Below, piece after piece: positions 47,925 to 58,336 of a stretch of 64,000 nucleotides of DNA (positions are counted from its first letter, which is position 1; every line of letters starts with the position of its first letter). Location: assembly GCA_043779265.1 (NCBI GenBank), contig JAYWEM010000084.1, forward strand, positions 3,768 to 67,767, in the 5' to 3' direction. This stretch comes from a bacterium. GTDB taxonomy: Bacteria; Eisenbacteria; RBG-16-71-46. Below the pieces are notes generated by a model. It saw nothing but the letters and a program-made list of their open reading frames with translations. It made no database searches and was not told the origin of the DNA. The translations under genes and the position numbers were made by a program.

Positions 47925-48730
47925 TGCCCTCGCTCGTCCGACGTCTGCTGCCGTTCTCGTTCGCCTTCGCTCTGGCCGCTCTCACTGCGGCACCTGTCCA
48001 GGCCGATGTGGTCTTCGGCTCGAGCCGCACTTGGGAACACAGCGCTCGGGTCGAGCGCGGCCAGACCATCTGGATCCATGGGGTCAACGGCGGGATCCGA
48101 GCCGAGGCCACGACGGGCGACCAGGTCATCGTCGAGGCGACGATCAAGGGGCGGACGTCCGACCCTCGGGACGTCGATATCCGCGTCGTCCCCGACTCCG
48201 ATGGCATCGCGTTCTGCGCGATCTACCCGGGTTCTCGCAGCGTGTGTGAGAGCGGGCGCTACGAGATGCCCGTCAAGAACAACGACGTTCAGGTGTCGTT
48301 CGTCGTGCGAGTGCCCGCTGGCGTGAAGTTGCAGGCCTCGACCGTCAATGGGGGGATCATCGTGCGCGGCCTCGATGCCCCGGTTCGCGCGGTCACGGTC
48401 AACGGCAGCTGCGAGATCGCGACGACCTCGAGCGGTGAGGCTCGCACCGTCAACGGCAGCGTTCGCGCGAGCCTCGGCCGCATCGCCGTCACGGACGCGC
48501 TCGAGTTCTCGACCGTGAACGGCAGCGTGACCTTGCACGTGGAGGGCCCGCTCGACGCCGAGATCTCGGCCCGCACGGTCAATGGACGCGTGCGCTCGGA
48601 GTTCGACGTGGCGAACAGCCGACGCCGGGGTGGCCGCACGTTGGAGGGCACGATCGGACGAGGCGGCGCCCGCATCGACATGAGCTGCGTCAATGGATCG
48701 ATCTCGCTCAAGCGCGGCACCGAGCTCTAG
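47924..48730 (+). CDS. DUF4097-family secreted protein
   Basis: Signal peptide MPSLVRRLLPFSFAFALAALTAAPVQA followed by TVNGG/TVNGS beta-repeats. Its start overlaps the upstream stop (TGATG). Confidence 0.65.
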   Translation: MPSLVRRLLPFSFAFALAALTAAPVQADVVFGSSRTWEHSARVERGQTIWIHGVNGGIRAEATTGDQVIVEATIKGRTSDPRDVDIRVVPDSDGIAFCAIYPGSRSVCESGRYEMPVKNNDVQVSFVVRVPAGVKLQASTVNGGIIVRGLDAPVRAVTVNGSCEIATTSSGEARTVNGSVRASLGRIAVTDALEFSTVNGSVTLHVEGPLDAEISARTVNGRVRSEFDVANSRRRGGRTLEGTIGRGGARIDMSCVNGSISLKRGTEL

Positions 48731-48912
48731 AGCGACCCGACATCTCCGGCCCTGGGCCCCATGCCCCGTGGCAGGAGAGCGAGACGCCGGTCCCCTCGAG
48801 AGGCCGGCGTTCTCATTTCCGCGCGGCGAGTGTCCGGTCATGGGACGATGCAGTCCCACGACCGGACACTCATGCGGACCCGATCGCTCAGGCGACGGCG
48901 TAACTCCTTGCC

Positions 48913-50244
48913 GTGCTTCTCACCGGTGGCCAGCGCAATTGGAACGATTCTTCCCTTGTATCCGTACCGAGCAGAACGGATGCGAACTTCGAGGGAGGTC
49001 GTCTGGACATCGCACGCGAGAAGAAGCCCACACGCCGGGTCCCGATCCTCATCGCCGCCATCACGCTGATCCTGGCCGGAAGCGTCGCACTCTCGCAGCT
49101 GAAGCCCGCGGCCCCGACGCTGGAGCGCGCGACGCTGTGGATCGACACCGTGGCCAAGGGCGAGATGCTCCGGCAGGTGCGAGGCAATGGAACGCTGGTG
49201 CCCGAGGATCTCCGTATCGTCTCGGCGATGACGGCCGGACGCGTCGAGCGCGTGATCATCCGGGCCGGGGCCAAGGTCGAGGCGGAGACCGTGCTCCTCC
49301 AGCTGTCGAACCCGGATGTCCAACTGCAGGCCCTGGATGCCGATCGGCAGGTCAAGCTCGCCGAAGCCGAACTGGCGCAGCAGCGCGCGGTGCTCGAGAC
49401 GCAGCGACTCTCGTCCGTGACTTCGCTCGCCAGTGCCCGCCGCGAGTTCCGCGAGGCCGAGCGCGCGGTGCGCGTCGCCGAGCGGCTGGCGAGTGAGGGC
49501 CTGGCCTCGGCGATGGAGATCGAGCGCGCCAAGGACCACGAGACCGAGGCCCGCGAGCGATTCGACAGCGAGACGCGCCGTCTCGAGGTCTCGACCGACG
49601 CTGTGAAGGCGCAGTTGGTGTTGCGCGAGTCCGAAGTCGACCGGCTGCGATCGATCGCGGGATTCCATCGCGAACGCGTCGCGAGCATGACCGTGCGTGC
49701 CGGCCAGGCTGGCGTGGTGCAGACGCTCACGCTGCAGCCAGGCGAGTGGGTGAACCCCGGTCAGGAAATGGCCCGCGTCGCGGGACAGGACCGGCTCAAA
49801 GCGGTCGTGCGCGTTCCCGAGACGCAGGCACGTGACCTGACGCTGGGGCTGCCCGCCGAGGTGGACACGCGCAACGGCGTGGTGAAGGGCCGGGTTTCGC
49901 GCGTGGACCCCTCGGTGCAGGGCGGCACGGTCGCCGTCGACATCCAACTCGAGGGCGTCCTCCCGAAGGGAGCGCGTCCGGATCTCTCGATCGATGCCGT
50001 CGTCGAGATCGAGCGCCTTGCCGACGTGCTGCACGTGGGCCGTCCCGCGAACGGATCGAGTGAGGCGACCGTCGGGTTGTTCCGACTCGACCGCGATGGA
50101 CGGTTCGCCACGCGAGTGAGCGTGGAACTCGGCCGCGGCTCGGCCGATCGCATCGAAGTGCGCTCCGGCCTTGAGCCGGGCGACCAGATCATCCTGTCGG
50201 AGATGTCGCGCTGGGACGGAGTCGAGCGCGTGAGGCTCAAGTGA
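48913..50244 (+). CDS. efflux-transporter periplasmic adaptor subunit (HlyD/MFP family, MacA-like)
   Basis: N-terminal membrane anchor, a long coiled-coil hairpin (QLQALDADRQVKLAEAELAQQRAVLETQRL...) and lipoyl/beta-barrel domains. ATGA overlap with the downstream ABC ATPase. Confidence 0.8.
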   Translation: MLLTGGQRNWNDSSLVSVPSRTDANFEGGRLDIAREKKPTRRVPILIAAITLILAGSVALSQLKPAAPTLERATLWIDTVAKGEMLRQVRGNGTLVPEDLRIVSAMTAGRVERVIIRAGAKVEAETVLLQLSNPDVQLQALDADRQVKLAEAELAQQRAVLETQRLSSVTSLASARREFREAERAVRVAERLASEGLASAMEIERAKDHETEARERFDSETRRLEVSTDAVKAQLVLRESEVDRLRSIAGFHRERVASMTVRAGQAGVVQTLTLQPGEWVNPGQEMARVAGQDRLKAVVRVPETQARDLTLGLPAEVDTRNGVVKGRVSRVDPSVQGGTVAVDIQLEGVLPKGARPDLSIDAVVEIERLADVLHVGRPANGSSEATVGLFRLDRDGRFATRVSVELGRGSADRIEVRSGLEPGDQIILSEMSRWDGVERVRLK

Positions 50245-51023
50245 ACACAGCTCCCCCTGAAGGAGGACGCATGACCATCACCACGACCGATCGTCCCGCC
50301 GCCTCACCGTCCGCGTCGCGTCCGAGCAGCAGCGGCCAGTCGTTGCTGCGACTCGAGGACGTCAAGAAGGTCTTCTACACCGAGGAGGTCGAGACCCACG
50401 CGCTCTCCGGTGTGCATCTCGAAATCGAGCGCGGCGAGTTCGTCTCGATCTCGGGTCCGTCGGGTTGTGGCAAGTCGACCCTGTTGTCGATCCTCGGGCT
50501 GCTCGACACGCCGAGTGAGGGGCTCTATTGGCTGGACGGCAAGCCCGTTCAGAGCCTTGGCTTCGCGGAGCGCGCTCGCATCCGCAATCGCGAGATCGGC
50601 TTCATCTTCCAGAGCTTCAACCTGATCGGCGATCTCACGGTGTACGAGAACGTCGAGCTGCCGCTCACGTATCGCGGCATGGCCGCCTCCGAGCGCAAGC
50701 GCCGCGTCGGCGAGGCGCTCGAGCGCGTCAGCATGGCGCATCGCAGCAAGCACCTGCCCTCGCAGCTCTCGGGTGGTCAACAGCAGCGTGTCGCCGTGGC
50801 GCGGGCGCTCGCCGGCGATCCGCTCATCCTGCTCGCTGATGAGCCCACCGGGAATCTCGACTCGTCCAATGGCGACGCCGTGATGGAGTTGCTCAAGGAC
50901 CTGCACGCGATGGGCTCGACCATCTGCATGGTGACCCACGATCCGCGGTTCGCCCGCTCGGCCGATCGCACGATCCATCTGTTCGACGGTCGGGTGGTGG
51001 ACGACAAGTCGCCCGCCGCGTGA
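50241..51023 (+). CDS. ABC transporter ATP-binding protein (MacB/LolD/FtsE-type)
   Basis: Walker A GPSGCGKST, signature LSGGQQQRVAVARAL, Walker B ILLADEPTGNLD and the H-loop. Confidence 0.9.
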   Translation: MNTAPPEGGRMTITTTDRPAASPSASRPSSSGQSLLRLEDVKKVFYTEEVETHALSGVHLEIERGEFVSISGPSGCGKSTLLSILGLLDTPSEGLYWLDGKPVQSLGFAERARIRNREIGFIFQSFNLIGDLTVYENVELPLTYRGMAASERKRRVGEALERVSMAHRSKHLPSQLSGGQQQRVAVARALAGDPLILLADEPTGNLDSSNGDAVMELLKDLHAMGSTICMVTHDPRFARSADRTIHLFDGRVVDDKSPAA

Positions 51024-51024
51024 G

Positions 51025-53475
51025 GTGACCATGTTCGACGGTCTGCTCCAGGACCTGCGGGATGCGGCTCGCTCGTTGGGTCGCCACAAGGTGGTCACCG
51101 CGATCGCCGTCGCGTCGCTGGCACTTGCCATCGGTGCGAACTCGGCGCTGTTCACGGTCGTGGACACCTATGTGCTTCGAGGCACGGGCGCCCCGGAGCC
51201 CGAGCGGCTGGTTCGCATCTACCAGAGCGAGTCGAGCGGCGAGCCGTGGGGGACGTTCTCCTACCTCGGCTTCGCCGATCACGAGCGCCAGGCGAAGTCG
51301 CTGTCGCACTTGGCCGTCGAGGCGCCCCGTCCGATGAACCTCTCCGTCTCCGACCGCGGCGAGCGCATCCTCGGTGCGATGGTCTCGGGAAGTTACTTCC
51401 CGCTGCTTCAGCGTCCGGCCGCCGTCGGCCGCTTTATCGGTCGCGGAGATGATGAACTCGCCTCGCCCTCGGCGGTGGCCGTGCTGGGCGAGCGATTCTG
51501 GCGACGGCGATTCGCTGCGGATCCGAACATCGTCGGCCGCGACGTGCATCTGAACGGCCGGGTGTTCCGCATCATCGGCGTTGCGCCGACCGGTTTCTCG
51601 GGCACCATCGCCCCACTCACACCCGATGTCTACGTTCCGGTCACGACGGCGGGCCTGCTCGATCCCACCGAGAGCGACATGGCCAATCGGGGTGGCCGCT
51701 GGCTCATGGCGATGGGTCGACTCGCGCCGGGCGCGACGAGACAGCAGGCTGAAGCGGAACTCGGAGCCATCACGCGCGCCCTCGGCCGGGAATTCCCCGC
51801 CGACAGTGGACGCATGGTGAGCGTCATCGCCGAACACGAGGGTCGCGTGTTCCCCGCGGCCAAGGGCATCGTGCTCGGGTTCCTCGGCATGCTGTTCGCG
51901 GTCATCACGCTGGTGCTGCTGGTCGCCTGCGCGAACGTGGCGAGCCTGCTGCTCGCTCGGGGCGAAGCGAGGCGTCAGGAGTTCGCCGTGCGAGCCGCTC
52001 TCGGTGCTGGTCGCGGTCGCCTGATCAGGCAGTTGCTCATGGAGAGCGGGCTCATCGGGATGGGAGGAGCGGTCGTCGGCTTCGCGATCGCCCACGTCCT
52101 CTGTCGCCTCCTGACGCGGTTCCAGCCGCCCATTCCGATCCCGATGACGTTCTCCCTGCAGCCGGATGCCCGAGTCCTGGCCTTCGCGATCGCAATCGGT
52201 TTTGCGACCAGTCTGATCTTCGGCCTCATGTCCGGGATCCAGTCGACCTCGGTCGGCCTGCTGAGCCGTGTGCGCGATGGCGGCCTGACCTCAACGCGTC
52301 GCTCGCGGCTCCGCCGTGCGCTGGTCGTCGTGCAGCTCGCCACGACGCTCGTGCTGCTGGGGGGAGCGGGACTCTTCATGCGTGCGCTCGTGCGTGCGCA
52401 GACGCTCGATCCGGGTTTCGACATCGAGCATGTCGGCATGGCGTCGCTCGATTTCAAGCTGAGCGGGTACCGGCTCGAAGCCGGTCGACAGTTCGCCGAG
52501 CAAGTCGCCGAACGCCTTCGCCAGCGCCCGGACGTGTCCGATGTGGCGATCACCGATCAGGCGCCGCTCGGGCTCGCGTGGTCGAACCGCGGCTTGATGG
52601 TCGAGGGTGCGGCGGTCGCCACGGGGAACGATGCGGAGTGTGCGATCCAGTCGATCGGCCCCAGCTACCTGGGCACCGTGGGAATCGCACTGCTGCGCGG
52701 TCGTGATTTCAATGCAGCCGATCGCGACAGCGCACCGCTCGTCGTCATCGTCAACGAGGCGTTCGCCAAGCACCATTGGGGAGGCGAGGATCCGATCGGC
52801 CGCCGGATCAACTGGGATCCGTCCGGCGAAGGCCCGTGGGTGACCGTTGTCGGAATGACAGCCACCACCTCGACGCGCTCGCTGGCCGAGGAACCGCGTC
52901 CCTTCCTTTATGTGCCCTACGCCCAGGAGGGGGAGGCCAGTCTGACGATGGTCGCTCGAGGGACAGGGGACGCTGAGGTGCTCGCTGCGACCATCGCGGA
53001 GACGGCGCGTGAGTTGGACCCGGACCTCCTGGTCTACGACGCGAAGAGCATGGCGAGGCATCTCGGCGTCGCGCTCCTGCCGGTGCGCATCGCCAGCACG
53101 GCGTTCGGTGCGCTGGGATTGCTCGCGCTCGCGCTTTCGCTGCTCGGCCTGTTCGGTGTGATCGCCTACTCGGTCAGCCAGCGGACGCGCGAGATCGGGC
53201 TGCGCATGGTGTTCGGCGCCACTCGTGAGGACATCCTCCGGCTCGTCTTGGGCGAGGGGATGCGGCTGGTCACGATCGGCGTCGTCATCGGCTTCGCCCT
53301 CGTTCTGGCGATGGGGCAGCTCGTGCGCGGCTTCCTCTACGGCGTGCCGCCGGCCGACCCCGTCGCACTCGGCAGTGTCGTCGCTCTGCTGGCGATCGCG
53401 GCCCTCATCGCGGCATGGCTCCCCGCCCACCGCGCCACGCGCATCGAGCCCTCGATCGCGCTTCGGCAGGACTAG
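51025..53475 (+). CDS. ADOP-family ABC permease (duplicated FtsX/MacB-type permease), copy 1
   Basis: N-terminal MFDGLLQDLRDAARSL prefix motif and two FtsX-like 4-helix modules, each after a large periplasmic domain. 816 aa. Confidence 0.85.
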   Translation: MTMFDGLLQDLRDAARSLGRHKVVTAIAVASLALAIGANSALFTVVDTYVLRGTGAPEPERLVRIYQSESSGEPWGTFSYLGFADHERQAKSLSHLAVEAPRPMNLSVSDRGERILGAMVSGSYFPLLQRPAAVGRFIGRGDDELASPSAVAVLGERFWRRRFAADPNIVGRDVHLNGRVFRIIGVAPTGFSGTIAPLTPDVYVPVTTAGLLDPTESDMANRGGRWLMAMGRLAPGATRQQAEAELGAITRALGREFPADSGRMVSVIAEHEGRVFPAAKGIVLGFLGMLFAVITLVLLVACANVASLLLARGEARRQEFAVRAALGAGRGRLIRQLLMESGLIGMGGAVVGFAIAHVLCRLLTRFQPPIPIPMTFSLQPDARVLAFAIAIGFATSLIFGLMSGIQSTSVGLLSRVRDGGLTSTRRSRLRRALVVVQLATTLVLLGGAGLFMRALVRAQTLDPGFDIEHVGMASLDFKLSGYRLEAGRQFAEQVAERLRQRPDVSDVAITDQAPLGLAWSNRGLMVEGAAVATGNDAECAIQSIGPSYLGTVGIALLRGRDFNAADRDSAPLVVIVNEAFAKHHWGGEDPIGRRINWDPSGEGPWVTVVGMTATTSTRSLAEEPRPFLYVPYAQEGEASLTMVARGTGDAEVLAATIAETARELDPDLLVYDAKSMARHLGVALLPVRIASTAFGALGLLALALSLLGLFGVIAYSVSQRTREIGLRMVFGATREDILRLVLGEGMRLVTIGVVIGFALVLAMGQLVRGFLYGVPPADPVALGSVVALLAIAALIAAWLPAHRATRIEPSIALRQD

Positions 53476-53483
53476 GAGACCGC

Positions 53484-55892
53484 ATGGACAGTTGGATCCA
53501 CGACATCCGCACCGCCGCTCGGTCGCTGCGACGTGCGCCGGGATTCTCGATGCTCGTCATCGTGATGATGGCGCTCGGCATCGGCGTCAACGCGATGATC
53601 TACACCGTCGTCCAGGGCATCCTGTTCCATCAGCAGCCTTTCCCCGAGCCCGCCCGCATCGTCACGATCGACTCGTGGCAGGGGCGGCAGGATGATCTCG
53701 ACGAACTCTCGCCCCCCGACTTCCTGGATCTGAAGGACCGAACTCGAACGCTCTCGGCGTTCGCCGTCTACAACGAGAGCATGCTCTACCTCACGATCGG
53801 CCAGGATCCGCAGCGATTCCAGTCGGCGTGGGCGAGTGCCGAGCTGCTCGATGTACTCCAGGTCCAGCCCATCCTCGGTCGATGGTTCTCCGAGGAGGAG
53901 TGCACGGAGGGGCGGCAATACGAGTCCGTGGTGCTCGGACATCGGCTGTGGACGGAGCGATTCGGCGGGGATCCGCAGATCCTCGGGCGCACGCTGCGGA
54001 TGAGTGGGCGGACCCGCACCGTGATCGGCGTGTTGCCCGAGGGCCTGCGCTTCCCCGAAGTCGCGGAGCTGTACATCCCGATCGTGGTCGACCCGAACGA
54101 AGAGGAGCGGGGGAGCCACTATCTGGAGTCAGTCGCGCGCTTGGCCCCAGGCGTCTCGATCGAGCAGGCACAGGCAGAGTTCCGCACGCTTGGCGCACAG
54201 CTCGAGCAAGAACACCCGGTCAAGGGCAAGGGCAAGGGATTCCGGCCGACGATCCTGAGCGAGGCGCTCGTGCGGGACATCCGGCCGATGATGCTGATGC
54301 TGGCGCTGGCCGTGTTGTTCGTGCTCCTGATCGCGTGCGCGAACATCGCCAATCTGACACTGGCACGCGCGACGAATCGCCTGCGTGAACTCGGCGTACG
54401 CATGGCGCTCGGAGCGGGCCGGGGTCGGGTCATTCGCCAGTTGCTGCTGGAGAGCGTGCTGCTCGGCATCGTCGGCGGGCTCGGTGGATTCTTCGTCGCG
54501 CAGTGGGGTTTGGAGCTCACGACACGTGCCATTCCGATCGAGCTGCCGTACTGGATGACGTTCGAGGTGGATGGCCGCGTGTTCGCCACCACGCTCCTCC
54601 TGTCCATCGTCGCGGGCATGGCGGCGGGGCTCGTGCCCGCCCTGCAATTGGGAGGATCGGATCTGATCACTCCGCTTCGCGAGGGGTCTTCGGGCGGAGG
54701 GGACAGCCCGACACGCCGACGCATCCGCAATGGTCTTGTCATCAGCGAGATCGCAATCGCCGTGCTGATGCTGGTCGGCTCGGGCCTCATGGTGCGCACG
54801 TTCCTGAATCTCGCCGAGCAGCGGCGCGGCCTGCAGCCGAAGGGCGTGCTGACCGGCCAGGTCACCCTGCCCGTGGCGGTCTACCCGGCGGACTGGCAGA
54901 AGAGCGCCTTCTTCCAGGAGTTCCGCGACGCGATCGCCGAGCTTCCGGGAGTCACGGCCGCAGGCGGCGTATCCGCCCTGCACCTGGGGCGCAGTTCCAC
55001 GGCGCGGACGATCCAGCGTAAGGGCATCGACAGCGACGATGCGACGAGCCCGCCCGTCTCCCAGACGAACATCATCACGCCCGGCTATCTCGAGTCGGTG
55101 GGGATCCCGCTGCTGCGAGGACGCTCGTTCACAGCCGACGACGACTCGGGCAGCATGCGCGTCGTGCTCGTGAATCGCTTCGCGGCCGAGATGCTGTGGC
55201 CCGGGCAGGAGCCCATCGGCAAGCGCATCCGCTACGGCAGTCGCGACAGCCTGTGGAAGACCGTGGTCGGGGTCATCGGCGACGTCCGTCAACACGTGTC
55301 GCGCTCGGAGACGCTGGCGGAGGTGCTGGCGCCACATGCGCAACCCCCGGTGCAGACGATGACCTGGACCATCCGCACCGAGGGCGACATGGGTACGCTG
55401 TCCGGCGCCGTTCGCTCGCTGCTCCGCTCGCGCGATGCCGACTTGCCGTTCTACGAAGCGCGCTCGCTCGAGGAACATCTGCGGCGGGCACTCTGGGAGG
55501 AGCGCCTCTACGCCTGGCTGTTCGGGGCGTTCTCGGCCCTGGCCCTGGTGATCGCGGCGGTCGGCATCTACGGCGTCATGGCCTATGCCGTCGCGCAGCG
55601 GACGCGTGAGATCGGCATCCGCATGGCGCTTGGGGCTGCTCGCGGGGAGGTGCAGCGCATGGTCGTGTTCCAGGCGATGCGGCTTTCGGCGATCGGCCTG
55701 GGGCTCGGCCTCGCCGCCGCTTTCGTGCTCACTCGATTCATGGTCGGCATGTTGTTCGGCATCCGGCCGGATGATCCGCCCACCTACATCGTCGTCGTCT
55801 CGATCCTGGCGATGAGCGCTCTTCTCGCCGCGTGGGTCCCGGCGGCGCGCGCGACGCGCGTCGACCCGATGATCGCACTCCGTCACGAATAG
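53484..55892 (+). CDS. ADOP-family ABC permease, copy 2
   Basis: MDSWIHDIRTAARSLRRAPGF prefix and two FtsX modules. It is preceded by AGGAGAC, and the junction sequence matches that of copy 3. Confidence 0.85.
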   Translation: MDSWIHDIRTAARSLRRAPGFSMLVIVMMALGIGVNAMIYTVVQGILFHQQPFPEPARIVTIDSWQGRQDDLDELSPPDFLDLKDRTRTLSAFAVYNESMLYLTIGQDPQRFQSAWASAELLDVLQVQPILGRWFSEEECTEGRQYESVVLGHRLWTERFGGDPQILGRTLRMSGRTRTVIGVLPEGLRFPEVAELYIPIVVDPNEEERGSHYLESVARLAPGVSIEQAQAEFRTLGAQLEQEHPVKGKGKGFRPTILSEALVRDIRPMMLMLALAVLFVLLIACANIANLTLARATNRLRELGVRMALGAGRGRVIRQLLLESVLLGIVGGLGGFFVAQWGLELTTRAIPIELPYWMTFEVDGRVFATTLLLSIVAGMAAGLVPALQLGGSDLITPLREGSSGGGDSPTRRRIRNGLVISEIAIAVLMLVGSGLMVRTFLNLAEQRRGLQPKGVLTGQVTLPVAVYPADWQKSAFFQEFRDAIAELPGVTAAGGVSALHLGRSSTARTIQRKGIDSDDATSPPVSQTNIITPGYLESVGIPLLRGRSFTADDDSGSMRVVLVNRFAAEMLWPGQEPIGKRIRYGSRDSLWKTVVGVIGDVRQHVSRSETLAEVLAPHAQPPVQTMTWTIRTEGDMGTLSGAVRSLLRSRDADLPFYEARSLEEHLRRALWEERLYAWLFGAFSALALVIAAVGIYGVMAYAVAQRTREIGIRMALGAARGEVQRMVVFQAMRLSAIGLGLGLAAAFVLTRFMVGMLFGIRPDDPPTYIVVVSILAMSALLAAWVPAARATRVDPMIALRHE

Positions 55893-55900
55893 GAGACCCC

Positions 55901-58321
55901 ATGGAGACCATCCTGCAGGACCTGCGATTCGCCTTCCGGTCACTCCGCAGAAGCCCCGGATTCACCGCCGTCGTGGTCGTCGTCATGGCGCTGGGGATCG
56001 GCGTCAATGCCATGGTGTTCTCGATGGTCTACGGCATCATGTGGCGGCCGTGGCCGTTGCCCGAGTTCTCCCGCGTCCTGACGATCGAGGAGCGTAACCC
56101 CAAGCTCGGTGACAACGAGATGAACGTGTCGTACCTCAACTACGTCGATCTGAGGGACCGTGCCCAGTCGTTCGAGTCGATCGGGGCGTTCTACGACATC
56201 AACGCCCTCGTCGTACTGGACCAGGATCCCGAGCGCTTCTACGGCTGCAACATCTCGTCCTCGCTGCTGCCGTCCCTGGGGATCCAACCGGTGCTCGGTC
56301 GCAACTTCACGCCCGACGAGGAGGTGCGCGGCCAGAACTGGAGCACGGTCCTCGTCAGTCATCGCATCTGGCAGTCGCGCTACGGCGGTTCGCCGGATGT
56401 GCTCGGCCGCACGATTCGAATGAACGGGCTGGTCCGGACCATCATCGGAGTGCTACCGCCCGGGTTCCAATGGCCCGAGATCCAGGACTTCTACATCCCG
56501 CTGGCCCCCGACCCCGCGGACACGGAGACACGGGAGGATCACCTGGCGAAGGTGACCGCGCGGCTCAAGCCGGGGGTGTCGAGGGAGCAGGCGGCGGCTG
56601 AGGTGGCCACGATGTACCGCCAGCTCCAGCTCGAGCATCCCGAGCACCTGAAGGACATCGAGGCGGGAGTCCTCGGCTATCAGGAATCGTGGACCGAGGG
56701 TCCGGGTCCGCTCATGTACATCATCCTGATCGCCGTCGTCTTCGTGCTCCTGATCGCGTGCGCGAACGTGGCCAACCTGATGCTGGCGCGCACCGCCGCG
56801 AGGCGGCGCGAGATCAGTGTGCGCATGGCGCTGGGCGCGAGCCGCGGCCGCGTCGTGAGGCAGCTGTTCACCGAGAGCCTGGTCCTCGCCCTGTTCGGGG
56901 CCGGAGTCGGTGTGCTGTTGGCGCTGTGGGGCAATCAGTTGTGGATCGCAGCGATTCCGCTCGAGAAACCCTTCTACATGGATTTCACGATCGACGCGCC
57001 CGTGCTGCTCTACACGGCGGGTATCTCGATGCTGGCTGCGATCGTGTTCGGCGTCACCCCCGCCATGCATGCCACCGATCGCCGGCTCTCTCAGTCGTTG
57101 CGCGAGGGCGGTGCACAGTCCGGCACGGCCCGCAGCGGCCGACGGTTCCGGAACTCGCTCATCGTGGCCGAGGTGGCGCTGTCGATCGTGCTGCTGATCG
57201 GCACCGGTCTCATGCTGCGCAGCTTCATGAAGCTGTCGGCTCAGGGCGACCGGCTCCACACCGAGCAGGTGCTGACTGCGGGGCTTCTGCTGCCCGTGGC
57301 GAGTTTCCCGAACGACTCCGCGCGCCGGGTGACGGCGGACATGGTGATGCAGCGAGTGCGTGACCTTCCCGGGGTTCGGCAGGCGAGCCTCACGACGTTG
57401 ATGCCGATGGGACGAAACAGTCAGAACAACCGGTTGATCACCGAGAGCGGCGCCCATACCGACAAGAACCGCTCGCTCGAGTCGAACGTCGCGAGGATCT
57501 ACCCGGGCTCGTTCGAGACGCTGGGGTGGGTTCTGCATCGGGGGCGTGATTTCAACGATGCCGATGAGGCGACGACCCAGCCCGTCGCGATCGTGAATGA
57601 GGCCCTCGCCAAGTCGCTGTGGCCCGGCGAGGACCCGCTCGGCAAGCGCATCCAGGTGGTCGCGGATGACCGGAAACTCGGATGGCGAGTGGTCGTCGGC
57701 CTTGTTCAGGACATCCCGATCAACGTCGATGGTGGCAAGCACCTGCGCACCGCGTTCGTGCCGCACCGGCAGGAGCCCAACCAGTGGCTCAACCTGCTGG
57801 TGCGAGCCGAGGGCGACCCGGCCTCGCTGGCGCAGCCGCTCCGCAGTTCGATGCGAGAAGTGCTGCCGGATCTGCCCCTGCTCGACGTGCGCACGTTCAG
57901 CGAGCACACGAAATTCTCGTTCTGGGTCCGACGCTTGTTCGCATCGATGATGCTGGTATTCTCCGTGATCGCACTGCTCATCGCGGCCGTCGGGCTCTAC
58001 GGCGTGATGGCGTTCGCCGTCACCCAGCGGACGCAGGAGATCGGCATCCGCATGGCACTCGGGGCGGAGCGGGGCTCCGTGCTGCGCATGGTGCTGGGCG
58101 ATGCCATGAAGCTCACGGTGCTGGGTTCCGGAATTGGCTTGGTGATCGCCTTCGCGGTGACCCGTTTCATGGCGACGGTGCTGTTCGATGTGAGTCCCAC
58201 CGACCCTCCCACCTTCGCCATCGTCGCCCTCATTCTCACGACCAGTGCGGCCATCGCCTCGCTGGTGCCGGCTCTGCGGGCGACTCGCGTCGACCCGATG
58301 GTCGCGCTGCGTTCGGATTGA
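55901..58321 (+). CDS. ADOP-family ABC permease, copy 3
   Basis: METILQDLRFAFRSLRRSPGF prefix and two FtsX modules. It is preceded by AGGAGAC. Confidence 0.85.
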   Translation: METILQDLRFAFRSLRRSPGFTAVVVVVMALGIGVNAMVFSMVYGIMWRPWPLPEFSRVLTIEERNPKLGDNEMNVSYLNYVDLRDRAQSFESIGAFYDINALVVLDQDPERFYGCNISSSLLPSLGIQPVLGRNFTPDEEVRGQNWSTVLVSHRIWQSRYGGSPDVLGRTIRMNGLVRTIIGVLPPGFQWPEIQDFYIPLAPDPADTETREDHLAKVTARLKPGVSREQAAAEVATMYRQLQLEHPEHLKDIEAGVLGYQESWTEGPGPLMYIILIAVVFVLLIACANVANLMLARTAARRREISVRMALGASRGRVVRQLFTESLVLALFGAGVGVLLALWGNQLWIAAIPLEKPFYMDFTIDAPVLLYTAGISMLAAIVFGVTPAMHATDRRLSQSLREGGAQSGTARSGRRFRNSLIVAEVALSIVLLIGTGLMLRSFMKLSAQGDRLHTEQVLTAGLLLPVASFPNDSARRVTADMVMQRVRDLPGVRQASLTTLMPMGRNSQNNRLITESGAHTDKNRSLESNVARIYPGSFETLGWVLHRGRDFNDADEATTQPVAIVNEALAKSLWPGEDPLGKRIQVVADDRKLGWRVVVGLVQDIPINVDGGKHLRTAFVPHRQEPNQWLNLLVRAEGDPASLAQPLRSSMREVLPDLPLLDVRTFSEHTKFSFWVRRLFASMMLVFSVIALLIAAVGLYGVMAFAVTQRTQEIGIRMALGAERGSVLRMVLGDAMKLTVLGSGIGLVIAFAVTRFMATVLFDVSPTDPPTFAIVALILTTSAAIASLVPALRATRVDPMVALRSD

Positions 58322-58336
58322 GAGGCAGGAGACACT

